DNA from: Candidatus Latescibacterota bacterium
Lineage (GTDB): Bacteria; Latescibacterota; UBA2968; UBA8231
DNA: 64,000 bases
Reading direction: 5' to 3'
Assembly: GCA_965197905.1 (NCBI GenBank)
Contig: CBDAOB010000005.1
Location: forward strand, 320,001-384,000
This document shows positions 8,727 to 18,233 of the stretch, in pieces. Position numbers and translations under genes: made by a program. The first letter of the stretch is position 1. Every line of letters starts with the position of its first letter. The notes under the pieces were generated by a model. The model was not told the DNA's origin. It searched no databases and was given only the letters and a program-made list of their open reading frames with translations.

Positions 8727-10655
8727 CTACGAGGGTCGAGCCCTTGACGTAACGAAGTCCACGTTCTCCGTCACTCTCGTGCCGTCGCGTTCGAACGCTT
8801 CGAGGTACTGGGCTATGCGCTGGCGAGCGGTCTGAAGGTCGTGGTTGTTCAGGTTGATATTCAACAGATCGATGTACCAGGGTGGTTTTGTATCGTCCGT
8901 AACGTAGGCCTCGGCGATGGAACGCGCGATCGGCAACGTCGTGGCCTTCGAGTCTGTGTGCACGTCCCGGCCCTCGGCCGCGATGAGCTTGTCGTACTCC
9001 TCCGTGAGCAGCCGCTCGAAGAGCTCTTTGCTGAAGGTGTCGCCTTGAGCGAAGCCGATAGAGTAGTCACCCTCGGTAAGCCTCGCCCCCTTTTGGACCC
9101 ACTCCCACAAGATGCTCAGGCGGATCTCCCCCGTCGCCATATCTTCCATGAGATAGAGGATGTCCTCGTTGCCGAAGAAGTCGGCCGGTTTCAGCGCCGC
9201 CGCCGCGAAACCCTGCCCGAAAGCGTTGCCGTATTGTACGGCGACGCTCACGAGATCGCGCGCTCCTCTCGTTGTTCGCGGCGCAGGCTCGAGTAGCGTC
9301 AACCCCTCGGCGTCCGCCTGCGTGTAGGTCAGCGCGGGGAACTCGCGCCCGGTCTGATTATCCTCGCCCACTGACTCCCACACGGGGCGCACGATGTGGA
9401 CCATCTTCCAGTGCGCGACCCACTTGCCGCTGGCGCCCTCGCGCTGCTCGCGTTCTGCGCCTGCGACGGCCTTCTTCATGCTGGCTTCGACGCCCTCTGT
9501 GGAGCCGACGGGAATGTTGGGCTCCATACCACCTTGCCAGAGGGCGCAGCGACCATCGACGTCAGGCGTGTTGACGGCGCGACGAACGCGGTCCTCGTAG
9601 TTCCGCATGTAGGAGTAGGTCATCGTGATGGCATCGATATTGGGGTTGATGAAACCGGGATCCCAGGCCATCGCATCCGAGACGCTGTTGATATAGTCCC
9701 AGCGGCCGGTGTTGTAGCCGACGAAGTGCTTGCCGAGCGCAGCGCGGATCTCCATCAGCTGATAGGACGCCTCGAGCTGCTCGACCAGGACATAACACTT
9801 GATCGTCCCCCTCGAGAGTCCCAAGTGATCCTCGAGCGCCGTCAGGATGTGGTTCCAGATGGCGGCCTCGCCCGCGGTCTGGATCTTGGGCAGGTAGAGA
9901 ACGACCGAGGAGCCAGCGTGCGCGAGCTGCTCGTGGTTGTTGGTGACGTAGAGCACCGCATCGACGATGGACGCCGAGAAGCCCTTGCCGTCCCCAGCCC
10001 GGATGTGCCGGTCGTCGAGGTGTAGTCCCCGGGCGCGAAAGATCTTCGTCGTGAACTCGAGTTGCTTCTGCCAGTCGTCGATGATCGGGCGCCCGAAGAA
10101 TCCCTGACCCCATTGATTCATCTGCGCGGCCACCTCTTCGGCGGCCTTCAGGAAAATGGGATCCCTGGCGATGGCGAGCTTGAGGTTGCGCTGATTATCG
10201 AGGGACATGGTCCTGATCTGCCCCAACGCGTCCTCGCCGTCGAACATCCAGCCGTCGGCGCCGGAAAGCAGCGCATAGGCGACATTGCGGATGCTCCGCT
10301 CGATCGGCGAGTTGGGCTTAGCCGCCGGGCCGGTGCCCTGGATCCACTGGCGTTTCAGATCATCGGGGATTTCCCCCGCGGTGAACTGGCCATCGCGAGC
10401 ATCCTGGACGCGAATCTCCGTACCGGGAATGCACCCGTCGACATCGAGGAAGGTAATGCGCTCACGATTGCTCGCGCGTGCACTACGGCGCTCGATCCGC
10501 GCAGCCATGACCGCGCGGCGATCGGCCTCGAAGCCGGCCAGCGCAGACAGCGCGCCGAGCGCTGCCGGCGTGTAGATGTCGTCGTAGACCGATGCGAGAT
10601 CGCTCGCGATCTCCATTTCGCGGAGTTCGCCAGTGCCAGCTATGGAATTCGTCAT
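8727..10655 (-). CDS. Malate synthase
   Basis: WMFDGED, YLPK, NTGRWDY, GKWVAH, LMEDMATGEI. ATG 10655 overlaps the upstream stop (ATGA). Confidence 0.88.
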   Translation of the reverse strand: MTNSIAGTGELREMEIASDLASVYDDIYTPAALGALSALAGFEADRRAVMAARIERRSARASNRERITFLDVDGCIPGTEIRVQDARDGQFTAGEIPDDLKRQWIQGTGPAAKPNSPIERSIRNVAYALLSGADGWMFDGEDALGQIRTMSLDNQRNLKLAIARDPIFLKAAEEVAAQMNQWGQGFFGRPIIDDWQKQLEFTTKIFRARGLHLDDRHIRAGDGKGFSASIVDAVLYVTNNHEQLAHAGSSVVLYLPKIQTAGEAAIWNHILTALEDHLGLSRGTIKCYVLVEQLEASYQLMEIRAALGKHFVGYNTGRWDYINSVSDAMAWDPGFINPNIDAITMTYSYMRNYEDRVRRAVNTPDVDGRCALWQGGMEPNIPVGSTEGVEASMKKAVAGAEREQREGASGKWVAHWKMVHIVRPVWESVGEDNQTGREFPALTYTQADAEGLTLLEPAPRTTRGARDLVSVAVQYGNAFGQGFAAAALKPADFFGNEDILYLMEDMATGEIRLSILWEWVQKGARLTEGDYSIGFAQGDTFSKELFERLLTEEYDKLIAAEGRDVHTDSKATTLPIARSIAEAYVTDDTKPPWYIDLLNINLNNHDLQTARQRIAQYLEAFERDGTRVTENVDFVTSRARPS

Positions 10656-11476
10656 TCTGCAAACGTCCACACGGAAAGAGCTGTCTTGCTGAATAGCCAC
10701 TCCTTGTCCTCTTCGGTGAGGAAGTCCATGTGGGTCCGAAACATCTCCAGCCCCGGGTTGTAGCCCGGGGCTTTGAGCACGTGGGGGAAGTCGGTCCCCC
10801 ACATCAGGCGCTCGGGACCGAAGGCATCGTAGATGCGCTCGTAGGTCGGGAAAGCGTCCTCGTGCGGATAGGGCAGTTTCGATGTGGGCAACTGGGGCGT
10901 GAACTTGACATACACATTGGGATGCTTCGCCATGTTCAGCACGATGCTCAATACCGGATAGGGCGGATCCTCGTCCGTGGGAGCGCGGCCCATGTGGTCG
11001 AGCACTACCTTGACGTCCGGGAACCGTGCGATGATAGGCTCGACGGCCGGCAGCAGCGGGGCCGGTCCGTAGACGATGAAGGTGGCTCCAAGCTTCTCCG
11101 CGCGCTGCCAGGTCGGATCCTGGTCGGGGGCAGCCCATTCGGCGGGATCGTCGGGTCGTGAGAGGTGAATGCGGAGACCGGCGAAGCCGTCCTCCTCAAC
11201 CAGACGCTGGAGCTGGTCAGGTGCGTCCTTGGCGTGGCGGTCCAGTAATCCGATGGCGGCGAACTTTCCGGGGAAGCGCCGTAGGCACTCGGCCACGTAG
11301 CGGTTGTCGTAGAGGTAGTAGGCCGGCTGGACAATGACGGCCTTGTCCACTCCCGCCTCCTCCATGGTCTCGTTCAACAGCTCCACCGGTGCTCCGTCCT
11401 TCCTGGCTACTCCTTCGGCAAAGGGGTAGCGCTCGAAGTCATCGCTCCAGACGTGAAGGTGGGCATCAACGATCAT
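10652..11476 (-). CDS. Amidohydrolase family protein (Amidohydro_2)
   Basis: IVDAHLHVW, VVLDHMG, NVYVK, RLMWGTDFP. AAGGAGG RBS. Confidence 0.9.
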   Translation of the reverse strand: MIVDAHLHVWSDDFERYPFAEGVARKDGAPVELLNETMEEAGVDKAVIVQPAYYLYDNRYVAECLRRFPGKFAAIGLLDRHAKDAPDQLQRLVEEDGFAGLRIHLSRPDDPAEWAAPDQDPTWQRAEKLGATFIVYGPAPLLPAVEPIIARFPDVKVVLDHMGRAPTDEDPPYPVLSIVLNMAKHPNVYVKFTPQLPTSKLPYPHEDAFPTYERIYDAFGPERLMWGTDFPHVLKAPGYNPGLEMFRTHMDFLTEEDKEWLFSKTALSVWTFAE

Positions 11477-11795
11477 ATTTCCTCCTTCGTTCCTGTTCGA
11501 GTCCTCGTTGGCCTGGCTTGAATGTGTGGATTTGACCGTCGAGGACCATACACACCTCTGTCCATACCATACCAATCAAGTTAAAAAGAGGGGTCTTCTC
11601 CACTGTAGGAATGCCCTTCCTGGTTTAATCTACTGTCGTGACCGGCTCGGACCGACGATTTGTTTGCTCACTCGAGCCCGTGGCGATAGAGTTGTTTTAC
11701 ATGGGCCGACGCGTCCGGCGTCGCCTCGTCGACCCTCAGGACCGGGCCCGCGTGCGTCCTTGACACGCCGAATCAATGGCTCACTTTCAGCATCG

Positions 11796-12263
11796 ATGAA
11801 TTTACAGACATCACCGCATCGATCCGCCGCTATGCTGTGTAGCATGTTGTTGGCCGGTTTGCTGACCGGTCAGGATATGCTGGGGGATTTCGTGCTGTGC
11901 CTAGGCACGGATGGCCACGCAGCGCTGGAACCCGCAACCGGTCCCGGTGGGACATGCGAGACCCGTTCTGTTCAGGACCCCGATCGTGAGCTCAGTCTCC
12001 GGTGGTCGCCGGACAACCGCAGTCTGGGACAGCACTGCGGCCCCTGCGAGGACTTCATTCTCGCGCGTGCGAGCCGCACTTATTCCGAGCCGTCCCGTCT
12101 CCAATTCAGCCTCGGCGCTGCTTCACAAGTAGGCATGCCACTGGCGGTACTCCATGTGTCCGCCGCGCACAGTCGATCGGTCAAGCCTCTCGATCGATTC
12201 CATCATCGGGCCCCACTATCCTCGAGCCTGATTGCTCTTCGCAGTACGATCCTGCTGATCTGA
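11796..12263 (+). CDS. Cys/His-rich putative metal-binding leader protein upstream of czcCBA
   Basis: Hydrophobic N-terminus, VLCLGTDGH, HCGPC, C-terminal HHRAPL...LRSTILLI. TTGACA at 11760. Confidence 0.6.
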   Translation: MNLQTSPHRSAAMLCSMLLAGLLTGQDMLGDFVLCLGTDGHAALEPATGPGGTCETRSVQDPDRELSLRWSPDNRSLGQHCGPCEDFILARASRTYSEPSRLQFSLGAASQVGMPLAVLHVSAAHSRSVKPLDRFHHRAPLSSSLIALRSTILLI

Positions 12264-12309
12264 GCAGGTCCTCCCGCGCCAACAGCGCAGCCCGTTCTAC
12301 CATCTCATT

Positions 12310-12356
12310 CGCACGCGCTAGCCTGTAGATAACAGGCTAGCCGTCTGTCGCGTGCG
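12310..12356 (+). promoter_or_regulatory. Nested stem-loop between the leader ORF and the czcC RBS
   Basis: GCTAGCCTGT (12317-12326) pairs with ACAGGCTAGC (12332-12341). CGCACGC (12310-12316) pairs with GCGTGCG (12350-12356). No U-tract. Confidence 0.55.
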
Positions 12357-12395
12357 CGGCCTAGCATAACCGCAGTGTATCGCTTGGAGGACTCT

Positions 12396-13652
12396 ATGTA
12401 CGTCAAACGTGCCGTTTTGGTATGCCTCATTCTGATACCGTGGCATCCATCGGCCCCTGGAGCGGAGGAACTCATGACGCGCCAGGATGCCATCCGAATC
12501 GCCCTTGAAACCAATCCCGAGGTTGTCGCCGCACGAGCGGAATGGGAAGCGGCGAAAGCGCGAGCGGTACAGGCGGGCGCCTTCCCCGATCCCGAGCTTG
12601 AGCTCGAATATGAAGAGCTGCCGGGAGCGACCGATCTGGGCGCGTTCGGAGAACGCAATCTCGGAGCGACTCAAACCATCGAGTTTCCCCTCAAGTGGTG
12701 GCGGCGCAGGCGCGCCGCTCAACAGGCCGCGCACGCTACGCAGTCATCCGTTTTGGAAGCGACCCGTCAGGAGATCAGCTTGCGTGTCAAGACGGCGTAC
12801 GACCGGGTGCTGTTCAATCAAGAGCGACTCGAGTTCAACAGGGAAAACGTCCAACTGACTCAGAGTTTCCTAACAAAGGCGCGGTTGCGAAGGGAAGCCG
12901 GCGATGTCCCATCTCTCGATGTCATTCGGGCTGAGGTCGAGACGGGCAGGGCAGCCAACCGGCTCTCTCAAGTCCAGAGCGACCTGGACGATGCACGCGC
13001 GACCTTGAACGCTCTGCTTGGGCGGGAAATCAGGATGCCGTTCCGGCTCGCGAGCAATCTTGACTATCAGTCTTCCTCTCAGAAACTCAGCAATCTACAG
13101 GAGCTCGCTCTCAGGCGCCGTCCGGAGATACGCGGCGCCGACTCGGCCCTCGCCAGCGCGCGCTCGCAACATGGAGCCGCTCGGGCCGCTCTGTTTCCCG
13201 ACGTGAGAGTAGGCGTGTTTCGACAGAGGATCGATGCGCCCACAGGGGATGAAGGCTTTTGGAGCGTCGGATTCGGGTTGGAGCTGCCGCTGTGGGGAGC
13301 TGTCAAGCAGCGGGCAGAGCAGGCAGAAGCAAAGGCAGCTGCCGCGCAAGCAGCCGCCGAAGGGACCGGAGCTCGACTGCAAGTCCTGCTGGATGTTGAG
13401 CGAGCGTTATTGCAGTTGAGAAATGCAGAACAACAGGTGCAGTTATTCCAGGGCAAGATCATGGCCGCCGCCGAACGCGCTTTCGAAGTCGCCGGTCGCA
13501 GTTACCGGGAAGGCAAAGCCACTTACCTGGACGTGCTAGAGGCGCAACGGGCGCTCATGGAAGTGCGAGAGGAATATGCGAGCGCACTTTTCGATCACCG
13601 TGCCGCACTCGCCCAACTAGAATGGGCCACAGGAGGGGAGCTGGCCGAATGA
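12396..13652 (+). CDS. czcC: TolC-family outer membrane efflux protein
   Basis: Signal peptide, AFPDPEL, YREGKATYLDVLEAQR. GGAGG RBS. Operon context. Confidence 0.88.
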   Translation: MYVKRAVLVCLILIPWHPSAPGAEELMTRQDAIRIALETNPEVVAARAEWEAAKARAVQAGAFPDPELELEYEELPGATDLGAFGERNLGATQTIEFPLKWWRRRRAAQQAAHATQSSVLEATRQEISLRVKTAYDRVLFNQERLEFNRENVQLTQSFLTKARLRREAGDVPSLDVIRAEVETGRAANRLSQVQSDLDDARATLNALLGREIRMPFRLASNLDYQSSSQKLSNLQELALRRRPEIRGADSALASARSQHGAARAALFPDVRVGVFRQRIDAPTGDEGFWSVGFGLELPLWGAVKQRAEQAEAKAAAAQAAAEGTGARLQVLLDVERALLQLRNAEQQVQLFQGKIMAAAERAFEVAGRSYREGKATYLDVLEAQRALMEVREEYASALFDHRAALAQLEWATGGELAE

Positions 13653-14893
13653 TAAAAACAAAAGATGTGAGGAGATATTCTATGACCAGTCTCATCCACG
13701 TCGGTGCAGACGTAATAGGCATCGCATGTGCGGCTATGCTGTCGTTAATCATCCTGGCGGGCGCGACAATGGCCGACGAATCGGAATCCATACGCGGGAA
13801 GCGCGCTGCCCATGAGGCTCACGGCGAAGAAGAGAACATCGTACACCTGAATGCCGAGGAGTTGAAGGAATTCGGAGTGCAGGTGGCGGAGGCCGGGCCC
13901 GGCAGGCTGCAGATACTTATAGAACTGCCCGGTGAAATTGCGATCGACCCCGACCGGCTGGCTCACATCGTTCCCAGAGTGGCCGGTGTGGTGCGCCAGG
14001 TTGACAAGAAGCTAGGCGATCGAGTGCGGGCTGGTGAATTACTCGCTGTACTGGACAGCCGGGAGCTCTCAGAGCTGAAGTCCGCCTACCTGGTCGCCCG
14101 AGAACGCGCCCAGCTGGCCGACGCGACGTTCAATAGGGAAGAGAAACTGTGGCAGGAAGAGATATCGTCGGAGAAGGAGTACCTGGAAGCGAGACAGGCA
14201 CTCGCGGAAGCGCGGATCGAGATGCGGGCGGCCGAGCAGAAGCTGCACGCCCTCGGGTTCTCGGATCGATACGTGCAGGAGCTCAGCTTCGCTGAGGACG
14301 AGCTCTTCACCCGTTACGAGATGATCGCACCCTTCGAAGGCAGGATCATCGAAAAGCACATCACGTTTGGAGAAATGATCCAAGACGACGCGGAGGCGTT
14401 CGTCATCGCCGATCTGACCTCGGTTTGGGCGGTTCTGACGGTGTATCAGAAGGACTTGCCCCGCATCGATCTGGGGCAGCAGGTGAGGATTTCAGTTGGC
14501 GACGCTATGCCCGCGGTCGCGGGTTCGATCGCGTATGTCAGTCCGGTCGTGAACGAGGCCACCCGAACCACTCAGGCACGTGTCGTATTGCCCAATCCCG
14601 ACGGTGCGTGGCGGCCGGGATCCTTTGTCACCGGAAGCTGGGTTGTAGAACAGGTCGACGTTGGGTTGCGCGTACCGACATCCGCCGTACAGATGATAGA
14701 GGGTAAAACATCCGTATTCATAGAAACCGAAGAGGGATTCGAGCCACACCCCGTTCAAGTGGGACGAACGAACGAGACACATGTTGAAATCACGGCCGGT
14801 CTGGTGCCGGGGCAGCACTACGTCGCTGCTGGTGCCTTCACACTGAAGGCGCAGCTGGCCAAGGGCTCGTTCGGCGATGGCCACGGACACTGA
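13649..14893 (+). CDS. czcB: RND efflux periplasmic adaptor (start may instead be 13682)
   Basis: HIVPRVAGVV, GDRV..G, APFEGRI, TRT...PNPDGAWRPG, C-terminal GHGH. Confidence 0.9.
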   Translation: MIKTKDVRRYSMTSLIHVGADVIGIACAAMLSLIILAGATMADESESIRGKRAAHEAHGEEENIVHLNAEELKEFGVQVAEAGPGRLQILIELPGEIAIDPDRLAHIVPRVAGVVRQVDKKLGDRVRAGELLAVLDSRELSELKSAYLVARERAQLADATFNREEKLWQEEISSEKEYLEARQALAEARIEMRAAEQKLHALGFSDRYVQELSFAEDELFTRYEMIAPFEGRIIEKHITFGEMIQDDAEAFVIADLTSVWAVLTVYQKDLPRIDLGQQVRISVGDAMPAVAGSIAYVSPVVNEATRTTQARVVLPNPDGAWRPGSFVTGSWVVEQVDVGLRVPTSAVQMIEGKTSVFIETEEGFEPHPVQVGRTNETHVEITAGLVPGQHYVAAGAFTLKAQLAKGSFGDGHGH

Positions 14894-14902
14894 GGGGGAT
14901 CC

Positions 14903-17900
14903 ATGGTAGATCAGTTTATCCAGTTCTCACTCAGGAATCGTCTGCTAGTGGCCGTGCTAGGCACTCTGCTCATGGGCGGTGGATTCTACAGTTACCGTCA
15001 ACTTCCCGTCGACGCTTTCCCCGACGTGTCCCCCAACCTTGTGCAGGTCTTCACCGTCACGGAAGGATTAGCGCCGGAGGAGATCGAGACCTACGTCACC
15101 TATCCGGTCGAAACGGCGATGAACGGTCTGCCGGGGGTCGAACGCGTCCGCTCGGTTTCGAATTTCGGTCTTTCGGTGGTCAACATCTATTTCGAAGACG
15201 GGATGGACATCTACTTCGCCCGCCAGCTGGTCAACGAGCGGCTGCAGGAAGCGCGCGAACAGATTCCGGAAGGGTTCGGGGAACCCGAAATGGGTCCCAT
15301 CTCCACAGGGATGGGGCTGATACTCTTCTATTACCTGGAAGATGACACCGGTCAGTATTCCCTGGAAGAGCTGCGCACGATCCAGGACTGGTTGGTCAAG
15401 TTCCAGCTGCAAACGGTGCCTGGCGTGACCGAAGTGCTGGGCATCGGAGGATACGAGAAGCAGTACCACGTGGTCGTGGACCCCAACTCCCTTCTGCGTT
15501 ACGACGTTGGGATTCAGGATGTCATAGAGAAGATCGAGGCCAACAACCTGAACGTTGGAGCCCAATTCATCGAGAGAGATGCAGAAGAGTACGTCGTCCG
15601 CTCAGTCGGTCTGGCCTCCAGCATCGAGGATATCCGCAACATCATCATCAAAGCGGAGGATGGAACGCCGGTTTTTCTGAGCGAGCTGGCCGACGTGCGC
15701 GTCGGTGGAGCCATCCGCCGGGGCGTGCAAACCGCCCATGGCGTAGGGGAAGTGGTGTCCGGCATGGTGATCAAGCTTTTCGGCGCCAACTCTTCCACCG
15801 TGATCGAACGAGTAGAAGCGAAGATGGTTCAGATCAATCGCATCTTGCCGGAGGGGGTGCGGATCGTTCCCTACTATGAGCAAAAGACTCTGGTGGCAGC
15901 TTGTGTCGCCACGGTGACCAGCGCCCTGGTAGAGGGCATCGGCCTGGTCGTCGTTGTGCTGCTCGTCTTTATGGGCAGCGTGAGACCCAGCCTCGTTGTA
16001 GCTCTGTGCATACCCTTTTCACTGTTGTTCGCCACGCTCTGGATGAACTACCTCGGGATGTCCGCCAATCTCATGTCCATGGGCGGTCTGGCAATCGCCA
16101 TCGGCATGATGGTGGACGGCACGATCGTCGTCGTCGAGAACGCCGATCGCATGCTGCGGCAGGCATCGGAGGATGAGTCGCGCCTCAGTGTGATCGGTCG
16201 AGCCTGCATGGAGGTCGGCAGGCCGATCCTGTTCGCGATTGCGATCATCATCATCGTATTTCTGCCGCTTTTCACCCTCCAGGGTGTCGAAGGGAAGACC
16301 TTTCGGCCACTGGCTCATACGGTGGCGTTAGCCATGCTGGGCTCGCTGGTGTTTGCGCTCTTTGTGGCACCGATGCTGGCCAGCCTGCTGATGCGTTCCA
16401 GTAAGAGCTCGCAAGGGGCAGAGGGTCGAGGTGAGAATCGCGTCGTGCGCGCTCTGGTCGATGGTTATCACCCTCTGATTTCACACTTCGTGCGCCATCG
16501 CGCTCGAGCGCTGGGACTGGCAGGGGCACTACTGGCGATCGGTGCCTTCCTGTTTCCTCGTTTGGGATCGGAATTCACACCTGAGCTGCAGGAGGGGACC
16601 ATGGTCCTGCGATTGACCATGGCGCCGTCAATTTCCCTGAAGGAGAGCACCCGGATCACGCTGCTGGTCGAGCGCCGCTTGATGAGGATGCACGAGATCC
16701 GAGGAGTCGTCTCGCGTATCGGCCGCGGAGAAATTGGAGCTCACACGGACCCGATTAACAATGCCGAGATCTACATTCTGCTCAAGCCGCGGTCGGAGTG
16801 GCGCGAGGCGAGCAACCAGAAGGAGCTGCAGGAGGTCATCCGCGACCATCTCGGCGAAGTGCCTGGAGCACTGACCAACTTCACGCAGCCGATCGCCATG
16901 GCCGTCGACGAACTGATGGAGGGCGTTCGCGCCGAGCTCGCCGTCAAGCTTTTCGGCGACGATCTGGAACTGTTGAAAAGCAAGGCGGAGGAGATCGCTG
17001 TGGTGGTGGGACAGGTCGTAGGAGCAGCCGACGTGCAGGTGGACCAGGTCAGCGGTACACCGCAGTTGCTGGTTAGAGTCGACCGTCAGGCCATAGCCCG
17101 TTACGGCATCAACGTCGCCGATGTTCAGGGGGTGATTCGCGCTGCGGTCGGAGGTCAAACAGCCGGCCAGGTGTTTGAAGGCGTGCGCCGGTTCGACATC
17201 CTGGTCCGGTTCGCGCCAGAGTACCGCACCACGAAAGAGGACATCTCGCAGATCCTCGTGCACGGACCGGATGGCCTGAAGGTGCCCCTCAGTCAGCTCG
17301 CCCATGTCGAAGAAATCGTCGGCCCCAGACAGGTCACGCGGGAGAACAGTCAACGATTCATCGCGATACAGTGCAATGTAACCGACAGGGACATCGGCAC
17401 CTTCGTCGAGGAAGCCCAGAAAGCCATCGAGGCGCGCATCGAATTGCCGCCGGGATATCTGGTCACCTGGGGTGGACAGTTCAGGAATCAGCAGCGGGCG
17501 ATGGAGCGCCTGTCGGTCATCGTGCCACTGACGGTGTTCCTGATCTTCATCATGCTGTACTCGGCGTTCAACTCCCTGAGAAACGCGGTACTCATCATTC
17601 TCAACATCCCTTTTGCCCTGTCCGGCGGCATCGTGGCGCTGTTTGTGACTGGCCTCTACCTCAGTGTGCCGGCGACCGTGGGTTTCATCGCCCTGTTCGG
17701 TGTCGCTGTTCTGAACGGTGTCGTCATGGTGAGTTACATCAACCAGCTACGCGACGAGGGTATGGCGCTGGAGGAGGCCGTGATCCACGGTGCCAAGCTG
17801 AGGCTCCGGCCGGTGCTGATGACGGCGCTGGTGGCCAGCCTGGGGCTGGTCCCGCTACTGCTGTCGTCGGGTGTGGGCTCGGAGGTGCAGCGGCCGCTGG

Positions 17901-18007
17901 CGACGGTTGTCATAGGCGGGCTGCTTACATCGACGGTGCTGACGCTGTTCGTTCTGCCTACCCTCTACGGATGGTTAGAGCAGCAGAAGGAGCGAGCCCA
18001 GATCTAA
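14903..18007 (+). CDS. czcA: CusA/CzcA family heavy-metal RND transporter
   Basis: VDAFPD, MSMGGLAIAIGMMVDG, GVAVLNG, RLRPVLMTA, GSEVQRPLATVVIGG. Confidence 0.95.
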   Translation: MVDQFIQFSLRNRLLVAVLGTLLMGGGFYSYRQLPVDAFPDVSPNLVQVFTVTEGLAPEEIETYVTYPVETAMNGLPGVERVRSVSNFGLSVVNIYFEDGMDIYFARQLVNERLQEAREQIPEGFGEPEMGPISTGMGLILFYYLEDDTGQYSLEELRTIQDWLVKFQLQTVPGVTEVLGIGGYEKQYHVVVDPNSLLRYDVGIQDVIEKIEANNLNVGAQFIERDAEEYVVRSVGLASSIEDIRNIIIKAEDGTPVFLSELADVRVGGAIRRGVQTAHGVGEVVSGMVIKLFGANSSTVIERVEAKMVQINRILPEGVRIVPYYEQKTLVAACVATVTSALVEGIGLVVVVLLVFMGSVRPSLVVALCIPFSLLFATLWMNYLGMSANLMSMGGLAIAIGMMVDGTIVVVENADRMLRQASEDESRLSVIGRACMEVGRPILFAIAIIIIVFLPLFTLQGVEGKTFRPLAHTVALAMLGSLVFALFVAPMLASLLMRSSKSSQGAEGRGENRVVRALVDGYHPLISHFVRHRARALGLAGALLAIGAFLFPRLGSEFTPELQEGTMVLRLTMAPSISLKESTRITLLVERRLMRMHEIRGVVSRIGRGEIGAHTDPINNAEIYILLKPRSEWREASNQKELQEVIRDHLGEVPGALTNFTQPIAMAVDELMEGVRAELAVKLFGDDLELLKSKAEEIAVVVGQVVGAADVQVDQVSGTPQLLVRVDRQAIARYGINVADVQGVIRAAVGGQTAGQVFEGVRRFDILVRFAPEYRTTKEDISQILVHGPDGLKVPLSQLAHVEEIVGPRQVTRENSQRFIAIQCNVTDRDIGTFVEEAQKAIEARIELPPGYLVTWGGQFRNQQRAMERLSVIVPLTVFLIFIMLYSAFNSLRNAVLIILNIPFALSGGIVALFVTGLYLSVPATVGFIALFGVAVLNGVVMVSYINQLRDEGMALEEAVIHGAKLRLRPVLMTALVASLGLVPLLLSSGVGSEVQRPLATVVIGGLLTSTVLTLFVLPTLYGWLEQQKERAQI

Positions 18008-18233
18008 AAACTCGCGAACTGGTTGACGATACACAGCCCCCGAAGCACCCCTTCCATCCCGCTGGCGACAGCGACAGGACACCGCCGCTGATCACCCTGC
18101 GGGCGATGATCCTGGGCCTCTCGACCATTTGGGCGAAGCAACGAGGTCGGGGTACCCAAGTTGTGTACAAGTTCGCGCGTGTGGAGGCCAGCTCATGAGA
18201 CGGGGCGGCCGGCGGCCGAAGATCCGCGTCGCG

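Noticed and set aside
12259..12300. CTGAGCAGG...CAACAG resembling part of a NiCo riboswitch upstream of czcC
   Set aside because: The GCCGGG and UGUGGG elements and the four-way junction pairing are not found. An Infernal search would settle it.
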